A stretch of 64,000 nt of DNA, taken from Macrostomum lignano. Taxonomy: Eukaryota. This document shows, in pieces, positions 12,666 through 25,800 of the stretch. The translations under genes were made by a program, and so were the position numbers. The notes under the pieces are model-generated. The model saw only the letters and a list, made by a program, of their open reading frames with translations. It did no database searches and was not told where the DNA came from. The stretch lies in contig NIVC01002473.1 in the NCBI GenBank assembly GCA_002269645.1, forward strand, positions 107,087 through 171,086, given 5' to 3'. Position 1 is the first letter of the stretch. Every line of letters starts with the position of its first letter.

Positions 12666-13058
12666 CAAAATTCAAATTCGTCAGCTGCAGCCAGGGCTCG
12701 AACCAGGATGACACAAATTACATGTGCAACAAGGCTTATGATGGCAAACTGGATTCAGATATAGGGTATCTATTAAACTGCGCTCACACGGGCAAACAAA
12801 ACACCTGGTGGAAGGCGAAGACTGATAATCCCATGCTCTTCATGTACGTCAAAATCTACAACCGCGACATGCTGAGGGAGAGACTGACAGATTTCGAAGT
12901 GATCATCGACGATAAGAATGTGTGCAATCGGTACAAAGATTCGACACAATTCGCCTATAAGACTCTGAAATGCGACGGATACGGACATGAGATCATGGTG
13001 AAAAGTTACCTGCCTCAGCTGACGATCTGCGAGTTCGAGGCTTACGGAAAACCTTTGC
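12666..13058 (+). CDS. F-type lectin domain exon 2 (same protein sequence as exon 1)
   Basis: AG/GTGAGT, 393 nt, phase 1-1. Confidence 0.8.
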
Positions 13059-14011
13059 GTGAGTTCGACTTTGTTTTAGCTATTATAGAAAAAAGGAATA
13101 GTCGATGTAGTAACAAATATTTATGACTATTTATGTAAAGTCTACGCTTGCGCGCGGAAAATGGTGGCCACTGTTTTGCCTTGTCTACTCAATATATTTG
13201 GTCAGTTGACAGTGCAAGTGGGGGTGATGTGTGTGCTTGATCGTGACTTGGCCGGATCTAGAGTTCCAACAGACGCTTTCAGCCCACGAGCCTGGGGATT
13301 GCTTCAGTTCACTGACCGGAATGCCTGCAATAGCTGAGCGTTGTAAACGTTGTACATTGCGTCGAGGAGAAAAGTTCAAAAGGCGCGCTCCCCCTTGCTC
13401 AACTCCAATACGTATTTCTATTTTTCACAAACAAATCCTTCCTCAAACCTCTAGGGGTTTGGGATGAGGACTCACTTCCTTTTTTCAGCCCCTGATTGGT
13501 CGGCACAAGCGCGTACACAATGAATTGAATCATAACTGAAGCACGGGGAAGCGTCGGTAGGCAGTTCAGCCAATCACACAGAAAGTGAGGTGGGGCGGTC
13601 GCAGGGCTGGCGCGTAAACATCGTAGTATTCAGCGATTAGGGACGCCAGACAAAGCGGCGGGTCGTGGGCATATGAGGAAAAGTGCAATGACGGCCGCAC
13701 CCCTCACTGAGGGCTGAATAGATCGCTCAACAGTGCAAGTACATGCCGGCACAACAGCAGCACTAATTTAGGCTTTAACAAAGACCAAAAAAGCCACAAA
13801 AATCCTGCTAGAAAATATTTCACAAAAGAAACAGGAAAAACAGAAAGTTGAAAGAAAATTTGCTTGTTTGCCGGTCTCAGGTGGCATTTCATGAAAATCC
13901 TGTTTCATAAAATTGTGAACGTAACTGTAACGAATGTTTAGAAGGTGCAAAAGACTGCATGTTGTCAGAAGGTTTTTTTTAACTTTCAACTGCCACACAT
14001 AACCCATGCAG

Positions 14012-14404
14012 CAAAATTCAGGTTTGTCAGCTGCAGCCAAGGCTCGAACTGGGATGGCACAAAGCACTTGTGCAACAAGGCTTATGATGGCAAACTGGAT
14101 ACAGGTAAATCAGGTATATTAAACTGCGCTCAAACTGACAAGCAAGACACCTGGTGGAAGGCGAAAACCGAAGTGCATGTGCGCTTCATGTACGTCAAAA
14201 TCTACAACCGCGCGACTCTGAGGGAGAGACTGACCGACTTCGAAGTGATCATCGACGATAACAACGTGTGCAATCGGTACAAAGATTCGAAACAATTCGC
14301 CACCAAGATTCTGCAATGCGACGGAATCGGACAGGAGATCATGGTGAAAAGTCGCCTGCCTCGACTGGCGATCTGCGAGTTCGAGGCTTACGGAAAAGCG
14401 CTGC
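14012..14404 (+). CDS. F-type lectin domain exon 3
   Basis: AG/GTGAGT, 393 nt, phase 1-1; CAQT, YNRATLRERL. Confidence 0.8.
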
Positions 14405-14899
14405 GTGAGTGCGACTTTGTTTTACCTGTTAGCATGGCCAATATAGTAAACAATATAAAGTATTCATACGAATTCTACGTTTGCGCGCGGGAAATGGTGG
14501 CCGCTGCTTTTCCTGGTCTGCTCAATATATTTGTCATTGGGGTGGGGTGTGAAATGATGCTTGATTGGTCGAGACTTGGTTAAAAATAAGTACGTTTCTA
14601 TGTGAGGGGTGTCGTAAACAGTATGGGGCAGATAGCGCATTGCACGCCTTACAGCCGTTCTATAAAGTAAATAATAACGAATTCCGTGTGAGTAGTAGAC
14701 AGTTGTGATTATCAAAAATCGTTGAACTCATGGGGCTTGGCGATCGCCGAAGGTGTCCCTGGAAGTTTTTTCGTCTCCTTTCTGATGATCTGATCGTTGC
14801 CGCTTCCCTCACAATGATGCAGTTTATTCTAACGCTGACGTTGTAAACGGCGGTTCGAAGCTTGTCCACCGGCTTGCTTGAACCGCACGAGTCCACTCG

Positions 14900-15249
14900 A
14901 TGCTTGCATGCCTTGCTCTGGCTCCAGTGGTCTTCAGGCTCATCAGTTTGCAGCCGGAGCCGCTGTCGATCGTATCAGGTCCGCTTTGCAACTCTTGATG
15001 GTCAACCTGACGCACGCGGCAGGCGATTTCTTTGGAATTCGAGACAGAAAATCTCACAGCTGGTCTGCAGGTCCTCTGGCTCGGCTCTTTTCTGGGCCGA
15101 TACTTCTTGTACTTTGTCGCCTTCGCCAGGCAACCGATTTTGCTGCATTTATGGCAAGTTTTCCATCTGGCCAATTCGCACGTGCGGTGGTCCAGCTCTC
15201 TACATCGAATACTGAGTGTGAGGTGGCAGTCCGTTGGGGAGCCATGCAC
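14900..15249 (-). pseudogene. Degenerate Gypsy gag zinc knuckle plus aspartic protease remnant
   Basis: HRTC...CHKCSKIGCLAK (decayed CCHC) followed by IDSGSGCKLMS (DSG protease-like). Confidence 0.55.
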
Positions 15250-15304
15250 ATAATCCAGAGGGGGGTGCTTGTGCGTGGCACATTATCGATGGTGGAGAAG
15301 GGTG

Positions 15305-15885
15305 GGGGAGCATCACAAACTCCAAAAGCCGCTTGCTATCATAAATCCGAAATATCACAAACCCAAAATATCATAAACCCGAAGTATCACAAACCCGAAA
15401 TATCACAAACCCGAAGTATCACAAACCCAAAATATCACAAACCCGAAGTATCACAAACCCGAAATATCACAAACCGGAAATATCACAAACCCGAAATATC
15501 ATAATCCCGAAATATCACAAACCGGAAATATCACAAACCCGAAATATCATAATCCCGAAATATCACAAACCCAAAATATCACAAACCTAAATATCGCAAA
15601 CCCGAAATATCACAAACCCGAAATATCACAAACATGAAATATCATAACTCCGAAAACTAAAATAGCAACGCCCATGATAAGTTCGAAATATCTCAAACCC
15701 GAAATATCACAACTACGAAATTGCTGGCAATGTACACCATAAACCCGAAATTTTATAAACCTGAAATATTATAATTCCGAAAAACAAAATAGCATTGGAC
15801 ATAGCTAGAAGGGTTTATGATATTTCGGGTTTCTGATTGGAAGTGCTTTCGGAGTTGTGATTTTTCGGGTTCATAATGTCGACCC
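15305..15885. repeat. Foldback-like element with a 16-bp tandem array (AAACCCGAAATATCAC)n
   Basis: About 25 units in 15340-15790; inverted copies of the unit and of the left flank in 15810-15885. Confidence 0.75.
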
Positions 15886-16020
15886 ATCGAAAGACACAAT
15901 CAAAGTACGAGCTAAGCAAGAAGTTTTTCGACTCTGCCGTTGGAGGTAATACTGCCTCAGTGAGTGTGGTGGGCGTTAATTTCGCCCTGTGTGAACGTGT
16001 AGCGTAGACCTACGTTTAGA

Positions 16021-16092
16021 ACCACGGATACTATATAACTTATATAATATATAGTAATATAGTAATATATTCACGTATATAGTATCTGTGGT
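16021..16092. mobile_element. 72-bp hairpin mini-element
   Basis: ACCACGGATACTATATA / TATATAGTATCTGTGGT inverted repeats with TAGA on both sides. Confidence 0.55.
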
Positions 16093-16486
16093 TAGAACTG
16101 GTGTAGATAAAGACATACCGTGTGTATATCTATGGCCCCGACCTAAGGCCTCATGCTGTGAGACAGGGCGAGAAAATATATATGAGGTAGATCCATGGAG
16201 GAAAGAATAGAATGGAGTGCTAATCTGAGCCAGTTATTTTTGTCTTGCTCGATTTTCGCTTTTAACATCCCTTTCCTCCCCGTTCCTTCCTATTGGCTGA
16301 AAGCATATTTTGATGCGAGCTCGTACTATGCTGGGAAATTCCTTTCAGAGGGGAGCGAAAAGGAAAACGAGACGAAAAATACTTTGTCTATGGCAGTCAC
16401 GAGCCAATAGGAAAGAACGGGGGGAAAGAGATGTTAAAAGTGAAGATCGAGGGAGACAAAAATAACTGGCTCAGATTAGCACTCCA

Positions 16487-17344
16487 CTAGCAATCCAGCC
16501 CGTTCGGGGAGTGCAAAAAGGAAAATGAAAATATTGCTAATATATTAAAGAATAGTCCCATGCGATGCTCCCAGTAAGCCTTTACATCTCAACAATCCCA
16601 CAAGCCTTGACATCTTAGAAATTCCTCATAAGCCTTGACATCCCAGCAATTCCCCATAAGCCTTGACATCCCAGCAATTCCTCATAAGCCTTGACATCCC
16701 AGCAATTCCCCATAAGCCTTGACATCCCAGCAATTCCCCATAAGCCTTGACATCTCAGCGATTCCACCAGTTGTAAGCCTTGACATCTTAGCAAGCAATT
16801 CCCCCAGCTGTAAGCCTTGGCATCTTAGCAATTCCCCCTTAAGCCTTGACATCTCAGCAATTCCCTCTTAAACCTAGCACAACGTCGTTCAGGCATTTCT
16901 GTTCAAGTGATTATGCACTTTAGTAACACCCGACCCAACTTTAATGCAAACAATCAGTTCCGGATTCAAACAATTCAAGTTGAAGACAAAGATATTCATT
17001 AATTTTACAATTTAATAAGCTAGGTATAGCTATTTATAACTCATAGCATCAGCTTAAGAATTTATAACTCATAGCATCAGCTTAAGAATTGAAGTTTAGT
17101 CTATGGCCATAGACGTATTGAGCTCTCACTGCAAGAAAAGTACACTAATTAGATAGGGAGAATACAGTTTTTCGAATATTTAATCCCTTTAGCATTGAGC
17201 AATTTCTTAGCCACGACCCATGTACCATCATGGAGAAATTTCTAATCGAATGGTGCAAGTTTGGTGGAAATCTGTTGAGCCGTTTTTTCTATTATCTATT
17301 GCACAGACAGACAGACAGAGACAGCTTAGATTTAGTTATATAGA
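16487..17344 (-). mobile_element. Complete non-autonomous Helitron (858 bp)
   Basis: On the minus strand: 5'-TC start, GC hairpin then CTAG-3' end, inserted at A|T with no TSD. Contains a 28-bp minisatellite and an ACAG tract. Confidence 0.85.
16590..16870 (+). repeat. 28-bp minisatellite (TAAGCCTTGACATCCCAGCAATTCCCCA)n
   Basis: About 9-10 tandem units; reverse-complement relatives occur in 340-1300. Confidence 0.9.
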
Positions 17345-17559
17345 TTCTATTCTTTCCTCCATGGGTAGATCCAACTTGTATCGCTGTTAGAGCAGCCCAA
17401 CATTGCAATAGATATAACAAGAACATTGGGACGTGAGGTGAGGTTAGGCGGAACCGCAAAAGTCATTGTCAGGGATATAAATCGAAACAATGATGGTCGT
17501 AAGGGTTTGTGATAATATGATTGGATTGAATGAATGACACAGGGGTCTCTGTCAGAGAG

Positions 17560-17778
17560 GTCCAATCTGTGCCAAGCTTTGAGATGGGTAGTCTCGAATA
17601 GGCTGCTCTAGGGTTCTGAGGGTCCTAAAAAATGTCAGAACCAACAGGAATGTCCGGAATCTTACCTTTCGTCGTCCAGGTCTCCTCAAGTAGAATAACT
17701 ATCGGTTTTGCTAAGTCCGTTACCTGCATCAGGTTGGCCTCGATGCAGTGGAGCAGGTTTGGCTGCAGGATGTTCACT
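17560..17778 (-). pseudogene. LINE ORF2 AP-endonuclease N-terminal fragment
   Basis: Manual translation VNILQPNLLHC...KPIVILLEETW...IFR resembles the APE start (ILQ.N, ..LQETW). Confidence 0.5.
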
Positions 17779-18222
17779 GCTGCCTCTTCCATAGACTCCT
17801 TCCCTGATGGTTTCCTCGGTCAAGGGCGAGGTCGCCACCGGGGCAGTGTCCGGATTCGCAGCCCTGTTGTCCGATGGAGAAGCAGTGGTGACACTGGGCT
17901 GGTTGCTGCAGTTTTGAACTTTGACGGTGTCTAGCAGCTGCTTCGCGCGCTGAGTCGGGCCTGAGCGGATAGTGTTCCGGGCTTGATACGGGCCTTTTCG
18001 AGTCCTTTTGCTGCAATTTTCGTGGTTTTTTGGCCCTGGCCGGGTTCACCTCGGAGGAGTCGTGGCGGAGCTCTTATTTCTGGGCGGTTAGGCCTCACAA
18101 ATCTCCCACTCGCCCGTTTCCGTTTCTGAGTTTTTTATTGCCGAGTCCAGAAGATATTCATGAATTTTTTTGTTTCGCTGTGTGCACCTGAAATTCCAAC
18201 TACTACTATAAATGAAATGCAG

Positions 18223-18615
18223 AAAAATTCGAGTTCGTCACCTGCAGCCAAGGCTCGTACTGGGATAACTTGAAGCACGTGTGCTTCAAGGCTTATGATG
18301 GCAAACTGGATAGAGGTACATTAGGTATATTAAACTGCGCTCACACGGACAACCAAAACACCTGGTGGAAGGCGAAGACTGATAATCCCATGCACTTCGT
18401 GTACGTCAAAATCTACAACCGCGACATTCTGAGGGAGAGACTGACCGACTTCGAAGTGATCATCGACGATAAGAACGTGTGCAATCGGTACAAAAATCCA
18501 AAACTATTCGCCACCAAGGTTCTGCGATGCGAAGGATACGGACATGAGATCATGGTGAAAAGTTACCTGCCAAAGCTGACAATCTGCGAGTTCGAGGCTT
18601 TCGGAGAACCAATGC
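18223..18615 (+). CDS. F-type lectin domain exon 4
   Basis: AG/GTGAGT, 393 nt, phase 1-1; CAHT, YNRDILRERL. Confidence 0.8.
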
Positions 18616-18888
18616 GTGAGTTGGACTTTTTCCTAACTATTATAGAGAAAAAAGCATAACCGATATACTAAATAATGCAGTAAGTTTAATGAAAGACACG
18701 GGGGATAGTGGAAAATCAGTGGTTTGTTAAAATTTTAGTTGCACTAGCAATCTGCGCCTTTTGTCTGACAGTTTACATATTTTGAATAAGTATACGTACG
18801 TTTCTGCTTTGTGCAGTCACTATTGTTAATCTTTAAGGGAAAATGGTGTTAAAAGTAAAAACAGTATAATAATATTATGCGAATATCG

Positions 18889-19024
18889 ATTGATTACACC
18901 TGCCCTACGAGTAACGGCCAGATGTGCAACCGACACCTCTGCCGCAGCTATTGCTCAGCGCCATCTGAAGGCTGCGTACGGCAGTTCAGTCCAAGAACTG
19001 GGGGTCGCCACACACCCTCAATTA
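18889..19024 (-). mobile_element. Truncated copy of SINE family B (3' part)
   Basis: Matches ~40831-40955 and abuts the (GATA)n tract. Confidence 0.7.
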
Positions 19025-19026
19025 TA

Positions 19027-19177
<151 letters not shown>

Positions 19178-19321
19178 CAAGCAGTGCACATTCTGTTTTG
19201 CATATAGACACGCATACTCTTGCAAGAGTTATTTTATTGGTTAGTTGGAAACAGATTCCAAAACATATTTGTGTTTCTGTGTGCATCTGAAATTTCAACT
19301 GCCACTCTCCATTCAACGCAG

Positions 19322-19717
19322 CAAAACTCAAACTCGTCAGCTGCAGCCAAGGCTCGAACCAGGATGAAACAAATTACTTGTGCGACAAGGCTTATGATGG
19401 CAAACTGGATACAGGTAAATTGGGTCTATTAAACTGCGCTCACACGGGAAAAGAAAACACCTGGTGGAAGGCGAAAACCGAGTTTCCTGTGCGGTTCATT
19501 TGCGTCAAAATCTACAACCGCGAGATTCTGAAGGAGAGACTCACCAACTTCGACGTGATTATCGACGATAAGAACGTGTGCAATCGGTACAACAAAAGTT
19601 GGAGTCGATTTGCCACTAAGATTCTGCGATGCGACGGATACGGCCAGGAGATCATGGTGAAAAGTCGCCTGCCTCAGCTGACAATCTGCGAGTTCGAGGC
19701 TTACGGAAAAGCACTGC
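19322..19717 (+). CDS. F-type lectin domain exon 5
   Basis: AG/GTGAGT, 396 nt, phase 1-1; CAHT, YNREILKERL. Confidence 0.8.
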
Positions 19718-19908
19718 GTGAGTTCGACTTTGTTTCTCCTGTTATTATACAGATAAAAGCATAGGCATAGCCAATATAGTTCATGCTTGACAGACATACG
19801 TACATTATTTTGCATATACTTGAACCAAAATCACGGGTTAGTGCTAATTAGTATCATTGCTTTGTTAAACTTTGACATAAACAGTTCTTTCGTTGTTAAA
19901 TTTTAATA

Positions 19909-20723
19909 TAGCATTTTGCAAGCTAGTAGAGCCTACGAGCAAGCAATTTAATCCAAGATAGCAAAAACACATGCATTTTGAGTCTCACTGCTAGTTGTCT
20001 TTGGTAAAAAGTGCGTCAAAACGGCAGGCAATTTAATCCTTGGAGCACTCATTTAAGCCATGGACTTCTATACTTAGCATCTAAGTATAGAAATCCATGA
20101 TTTAAGCACTATCTTGCTCGGCCTTTCCATTTATTTCATGCATGCCTCTAACGAAACCAACCAGGAAGCTCCATATGAAAAAGTTACGACGTAGAACAAG
20201 GTTCAGCAAAAAAGTTCACTTAACGAAACCTGCTTATAAAGAAACACACGACAGAAAAGTTTTTACATGTACGTTTAGACTTCAGTAAGTTACATAATCA
20301 CCTCCCCAGCGATGCAGCCTGTGCGAATTCTTGCCTGCGTGCCAAGTTGGCAATGCTTCTGTTGTTATCGCCTCTGTCGATACCGTCGATTATCAATCTA
20401 TGCTTTTTGTCGCTAATCTTAGCATATTGCACAGGTGGCGCTCCGGCATCTTCGGCAGCGATTCTGTCGATGTCTTTAAAAATGGTGCTGGCTTGGTCAC
20501 ATTCGTCTGACATGTAGTATAAACTGAGAGTGGAATGGCATAGACAGCGCTGTTTATGGATTTCAGTGCTTAAATGAGTGCTCCAAGGATTAAATTTCCT
20601 GCCGGTTTGACACACTTTTTACCATGGATAACTAGCAGTGAGGCTCAAAATGCATGTGTTTTTGCTATCTTGGATTAAATTGCTTGCTCGTAGTCTTTAC
20701 TAGCTTACAAAATGCTATTGCTA
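19909..20723. mobile_element. Tc1/mariner-like non-autonomous element with ~160-bp TIRs
   Basis: TA|TAGCATTTTGCAAGC... and its reverse complement at the right end; internal HTH-like remnant (RLIIDGIDRGDNNRSIANL). Confidence 0.65.
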
Positions 20724-20919
20724 TATACACCGTGTTTAAGGGTATTCACTACATGAATGAACCCAAGGACCACTGTATATAATTTTATAATGTTATATAA
20801 AGTATACATTGTTATTTACAGTGGTCCTTGAATGAATCACAAACTAGATTAATGGACAAGCGAATAAATACAGAGAGAACCGGCAGAGATTGATGCAGTG
20901 CGATAGACAGAAACAAAAA

Positions 20920-21668
20920 TAGCTTTTTGCAGTCCATTTGGGGGCTTGGGGGCTTGAATGTAATCCAAGATACTTTTTCCAATGTAACGGAGCTTTTGTC
21001 TATGGTAGCAAGGATGTCACAGCGGCATTTAATTTGGTCCATCAAGCATCAATTTGGTCCATAGCTACATTAGCAACGGCTTCGGAGGAGCAAGATCAGC
21101 CCCAGATAAGTGGACCTGATGCTAGGCTGTCGAACGAATGCCATTGGCTTGCGATCGAAGCACTGGACAGAGGTGAACGCCCCAAGGACATTGCAAGGTT
21201 GCTGAATGTAGAAGAAAAGATGGTTTACAGCATCAATCAGCGCGTTAGAACCAGTGGCGGCAGAGATCGCCTTTAAAGGGCTGGCAATTGCCAAAGCAAG
21301 TTGCTCGAGACCCTCATAATCCAACTGCTACTCGATGCAGTTGAGACGAGCACTTTGTTGACGGTTCAGAAATGCAGCAGAAGTTAAAGGAACAGTCCCA
21401 GTTGGTTTTTCAGATTTAGACTATGAGCAGAGCTCTGGAAAAGCGACTGAAAATTGTTGGTAGACACGCTGACATTCCAGCGGTACGCAACTACCCGCAG
21501 ACGGTTGCGAGGGGACAAGAGTTTGTCGAATGGCTCAGGAGCGTTTGGATCAAATTAAGTGCCTCAGTGCCAGCCTTGCTACCATAGACAAAAGCTCCGT
21601 TACATTGGCAAACATATCTTTTGGATTAAGTTTAATGCGCGTAAAGCCCAAATGGGCTGCAAAAGCCA
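20920..21668 (+). mobile_element. Tc1/IS630-like non-autonomous element with N-terminal HTH transposase remnant
   Basis: Long TIRs starting TAGCTTTT; LAIEALDRGERPKDIARLLNVEEKMVYSI. Homologous to 27439-28199. Confidence 0.65.
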
Positions 21669-21814
21669 TTTTTCATATCTTTTTCCAATTTACTGTTCAG
21701 TCTGTGTTTTGGAATATTTTGTGTAATTTTGATTTAATAACCCGCAAAAAGTTTTAATAAAAAGTTTTCAGTTGGAACTTTTTGAACCCACCATACTTTC
21801 AACCATTTCACCAG

Positions 21815-22183
21815 CTAAACTCAAGTTTGACGGCTGCAGTCAGGGCTCGAACGCTGATGACGCTAAACACCTTTGCCATGAAGCTTTCGATAGTTCTCTA
21901 GCCCAGTGTGCAATCACCAATAGTGACAACACCTGGTGGAAGGCACAAACTTCACAACCTGTGTGGTTCATGTTCGTCAAAATCTTCAGCCGTGCTAAAC
22001 AACGGGACAGTCTGACCAACTTTGAAGTTCTAATCGACGAAAATGTTTGCAATCGGTACAAAGATTCAACAGAATTCGATACAAAAATACTGCCTTGCGG
22101 CGGATACGGACATGAGATCATGGTGAGGAGTCACCTGCCCAAGCTGGCGATCTGCGAGTTCGAGGCTTACGGAAAAGTGCTGC
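21815..22183 (+). CDS. F-type lectin domain exon 6
   Basis: AG/GTAAGT, 369 nt, phase 1-1; CAIT, FSRAKQRDSL. Confidence 0.8.
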
Positions 22184-24830
22184 GTAAGTGCGAATGAAGT
22201 TTACGTGTTAGTTTAGTGTGGCTAAACGGACCACTAAGAATCGGTAGCAAAGTTGGCTCTTAAGAGGAATCAAGGCTTGACCAGGGACGAAAAGGGGAAC
22301 GGGAAACGCTTCAATTCATGCAGAAAATAACATGAAAGGCCTATTCATTTCTAATATGTACTGTATCTATGGGTGCACGTTAGCTCATGCTTGTAGCCTT
22401 CGACTTCAGCTACAGCAGTATATAGAGCTGAGAGATATGTCAAGCGCCTCAGTTGCCAGTTATAGATATCTACGAGCTCGTACGTGCCCACGTGGCATAT
22501 ATATACGAGCCGTGACTATAAGCGTACCTGTTTCGTTTAGCGTTCTTGCATACTTTCAACCATGTACTACTGTATCATTTTGTGTCACGTGTTGTGTAGA
22601 GTATAGGAGTGTTGATCAGTGCCGCTTCCACTTCTAGACACTGGGGAGCAAGTGCAAGTGCAAAATCAAATAACTCTTACTTAGGAGCGGCTCCTTTAGT
22701 AGCTTGTAGACGTCTTTGCTTGGCTTGGGTGAATCGATACCTCCGGGAGTCCTTGACTTTATCTGTGGGTCAACCGAAAGCGAGAGCGAATCAGAAATCT
22801 TGACGGTCCTCGAGCTCGGAATTAACAATAGAATGTGCGCTCTAATGAACAATTGAATTCTTTGAGTACCTGTAATAGGTCCTCATGAAGGGCGTCTTCT
22901 TTGTCACGTCCGAAATGTAACAGATAGCTCAAATCAATCAATTAATCCTTTAGGAATATCTTAGAAAATAAGGAGGCCTTTCTAAAATGTTTCGACAATA
23001 AACGGCTCTCGAAAAACTTAATTAATCTACTTATTAACGCTAGCAACAAAGAACTAAATCTGTTAAACGCTTACCAACTGGAGAAGTAGCTCGTATCGTC
23101 CCTCAGAGATTGGTCTTCTTGTTTCTTCGAAGTCTTTTTAGATACCGCTCCGAGTCTGAATTTTTTACGCAGATTTTCACTTATATTTATAGCAAAATTT
23201 TGGGTAAAAACCGGTTCGAGATCGGATATTAACTTAGGTCATTTATGTTTGATTAGGCGGTCATGCATGTTTGAGCACTACCATACATGGAGTAAAGCAA
23301 ATACTTGAAAACCGGTTCCTTGATCAAACAAACGTTGGTCCTACGTAGGGTTCTGATTCATTCTATTTGCGCCTGGCTCTATAGGTTGCAGGTTTAAATA
23401 GACTTTTCTTAGAGTATTACTTTAAGTAGCACATTACGGTATGGTTTTAATAACTCTACAGTTGTAATAACTTTACGCGTTTACGGTACTTGAATTGCAT
23501 CTCCTTTGAATCTGACTTTATAGTCCGCTCCCTTTGATTGTCTGTCTGCAAGTGTTTCCATTTTCCGAAACAACACTTTTCAAGTTCGCGAATGCATTTA
23601 AAGCCATAAGAAATGCACAAAGACATAGACACATAATAGAAATTACTTCATAATAGGCTTTCAAGATTTTTCTGCATGAATTAAGGCGTTTCCCACTTTT
23701 CTAGTTGGCTTGACACAAGCAATCCTGCATATTCGCTTCGGTAGTTTTGCAGTAGCCTCACGAGAGCTTTGAAAGTAAAAACTTCCTAAAAAATTTGCGG
23801 TGCAAAAAACCTTGTTTTACTCGCCAAAGAACCTTTAAAAAAGGACCTACGGTGAGTTTTGCTTCAAAACAGGACATTTGACGTGTGAAAAAAACAGATT
23901 TTATCAAAATCGACAATAAAAATTCGTTGAATCAGACCGAAGTTATGCCAAATAGTAGGACAAGGTACTCTACAACTTGCCTATCTGGTTCTTTGTATTT
24001 GTTCTACCGAAATTTCCATGTTAGGGCAAGTCAGTGTCGCATTCTGAAGAGCAAAGCGACGATACGATAGAAGTGCATGCTTATTGTTTATACTTTTACA
24101 CTTTTACAAGCTCTCCTTGCGTTTCATAGTGGCTGAGCTGGAACTTATCAGATGCAGCCGTCTATGACAAAAGTGCGCAAGTCACGCATTTGTATTAATT
24201 TTGTCTAGGCATGTAAATTTTATCAATCTGGGCTAATCTGAGGTAATCTGGAAAAACTACTGTATATACGGCCCTTACTTTCTGAACGCCAACATTAAAT
24301 ATCGGCGTCAACCATATTGGAGGGGTCGCAACCCTAATGGGCGCCAATATTTGGTGTCCCGTGTCTCAGGTGCCTCTGTCTCTTGATGGTCCAAGTCTGT
24401 TTCATCGGCCGTTCGGTGGATGCGACGTCCAAGACGTGGCAAAAATTGACCTCCTGATATTTATCAAGCTTGGTTACTACACCTTCATTCGGTTTTTGGT
24501 GGACGCGCTTCCTGGGGGGGGGGGAGAGGGCGATTACAGTCCTAGCACTCTCTCTGCGTACAGCACTGTTACCACTTATGTTGTATAAAAGCACAAGCTG
24601 TTCTGTAGGAAGCACGCTTTTATTGTGTAAACCAGAGTCTAAATGGCATAGTAGTAAGCAGGTCACTTTGTGATAAAAAATATACGAGATTTACTCTTGA
24701 TTGAACAATGTCCCAAGGCTCATCATGTTAGCGTTGGGTTTACTGCTCTAAGCTACATGTAATAAGCTCAGAACTTGGAGATTATTACGTAGAAATAACG
24801 TTGCCACACTCTCATAAACTTAATTGCCAG

Positions 24831-25229
24831 AAAAACTGAAGCTTCATGGTTGTCGCCAGGGCTCAAACTTGCCTGGCGGAAAGAACATGTGTTATAAGGC
24901 CTACGACGGTAAGTCAAATGAAGATGGCTCTCTATTGAACTGTGCACGAACCGGCGATCGCAAAACTTGGTGGATGGCAAAAACTCAGCAACCCGTGCGG
25001 TTCAACTATGTCAAAATCTACAACCAGCTCAAACAACGAGAAGGGCTGACCGACTTCGAAGTGATCATCGACGATAAGACAGTGTGCAATCGGTACAAAA
25101 ATTCGACGGGATTTGCTTCAAAGATTCTAAAATGCGACGCGTACGGTCAGAAGATCATGGTGAGAAGTAACCGGCCCAATTTGACGATCTGCGAGTTCGA
25201 GGCTTACGGAGAGACTGTACCTTCGGAGA
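24831..25229 (+). CDS. F-type lectin domain exon 7
   Basis: AG/GTGAGT, 399 nt, phase 1-1; CART, YNQLKQREGL. Confidence 0.8.
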
Positions 25230-25518
25230 GTGAGTATAGATTGACCTGTTTAAGATTGACGAGAGTTGTGACAAGGTGACAAGGGTAGCTAAAATAAATT
25301 ACATCCTAGGCTTGATGCACCAGTATGGCGTCGGCATGTCCTTTGATTAACCACTGTGGGTTTACCAATAATAGGACTGCCGCATCTTCCGATTCAGGAG
25401 ATCGCTAGTGACTGGCATTTTTCAGTAATCAGCAACTTACATATTAGAAGTACATATGCGTCTTTACTCCGTATCATTTAGATATCAAGAAAAACTCTCC
25501 CCAAAATTTGCATAGTAT

Positions 25519-25800
25519 CCCTATGAAAAATTGGCCCGAATTTTCACCCTTCTCTTCACCCGAAATCGTCAGCACTTTGCGGGTGTAAAAATTGCCGGGC
25601 TACTGGCCCGGAATCGTTACGAAAAGTTCGCTTTTCGGGCGATGCACCCGTGCATGCACCCGCATTTATACCCGAATATTTACGGGCGATTCACCCAGAA
25701 TTATTCTGCGCCGAGAAATCCGGGCCAGTTAACCGATATTTTGCTGTCTAATCCGGCCCGAAGAGCTGGCCATATTTCCTGCTTTGATTTTCTCATAGTG
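25519..25800. mobile_element. Possible CACTA-like MITE
   Basis: CCCTATGAAAAAT / ATTTTCTCATAGTG ends and internal CCCG-rich repeats; no clear TSD. Confidence 0.35.

Larger units (their letters stand above)
16194..17363. mobile_element. P-element-type MITE whose right TIR is interrupted by a Helitron
   Basis: CATGGAGG...CCTCCATG termini, 8-bp TSD GGTAGATC (16186-93 and 17364-71), TIRs of ~100 bp. Confidence 0.8.

Noticed and set aside
13945-14583. 212-aa stand-alone single-exon lectin gene
   Set aside because: The N- and C-terminal extensions match intron sequence that is non-coding in paralogues, and the splice sites match the other cassettes.
20764-20831. 14-bp inverted repeat CAAGGACCACTGTA / TACAGTGGTCCTTG
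   Set aside because: Short, AT-rich spacer, no TSD or second copy; cannot be assigned.
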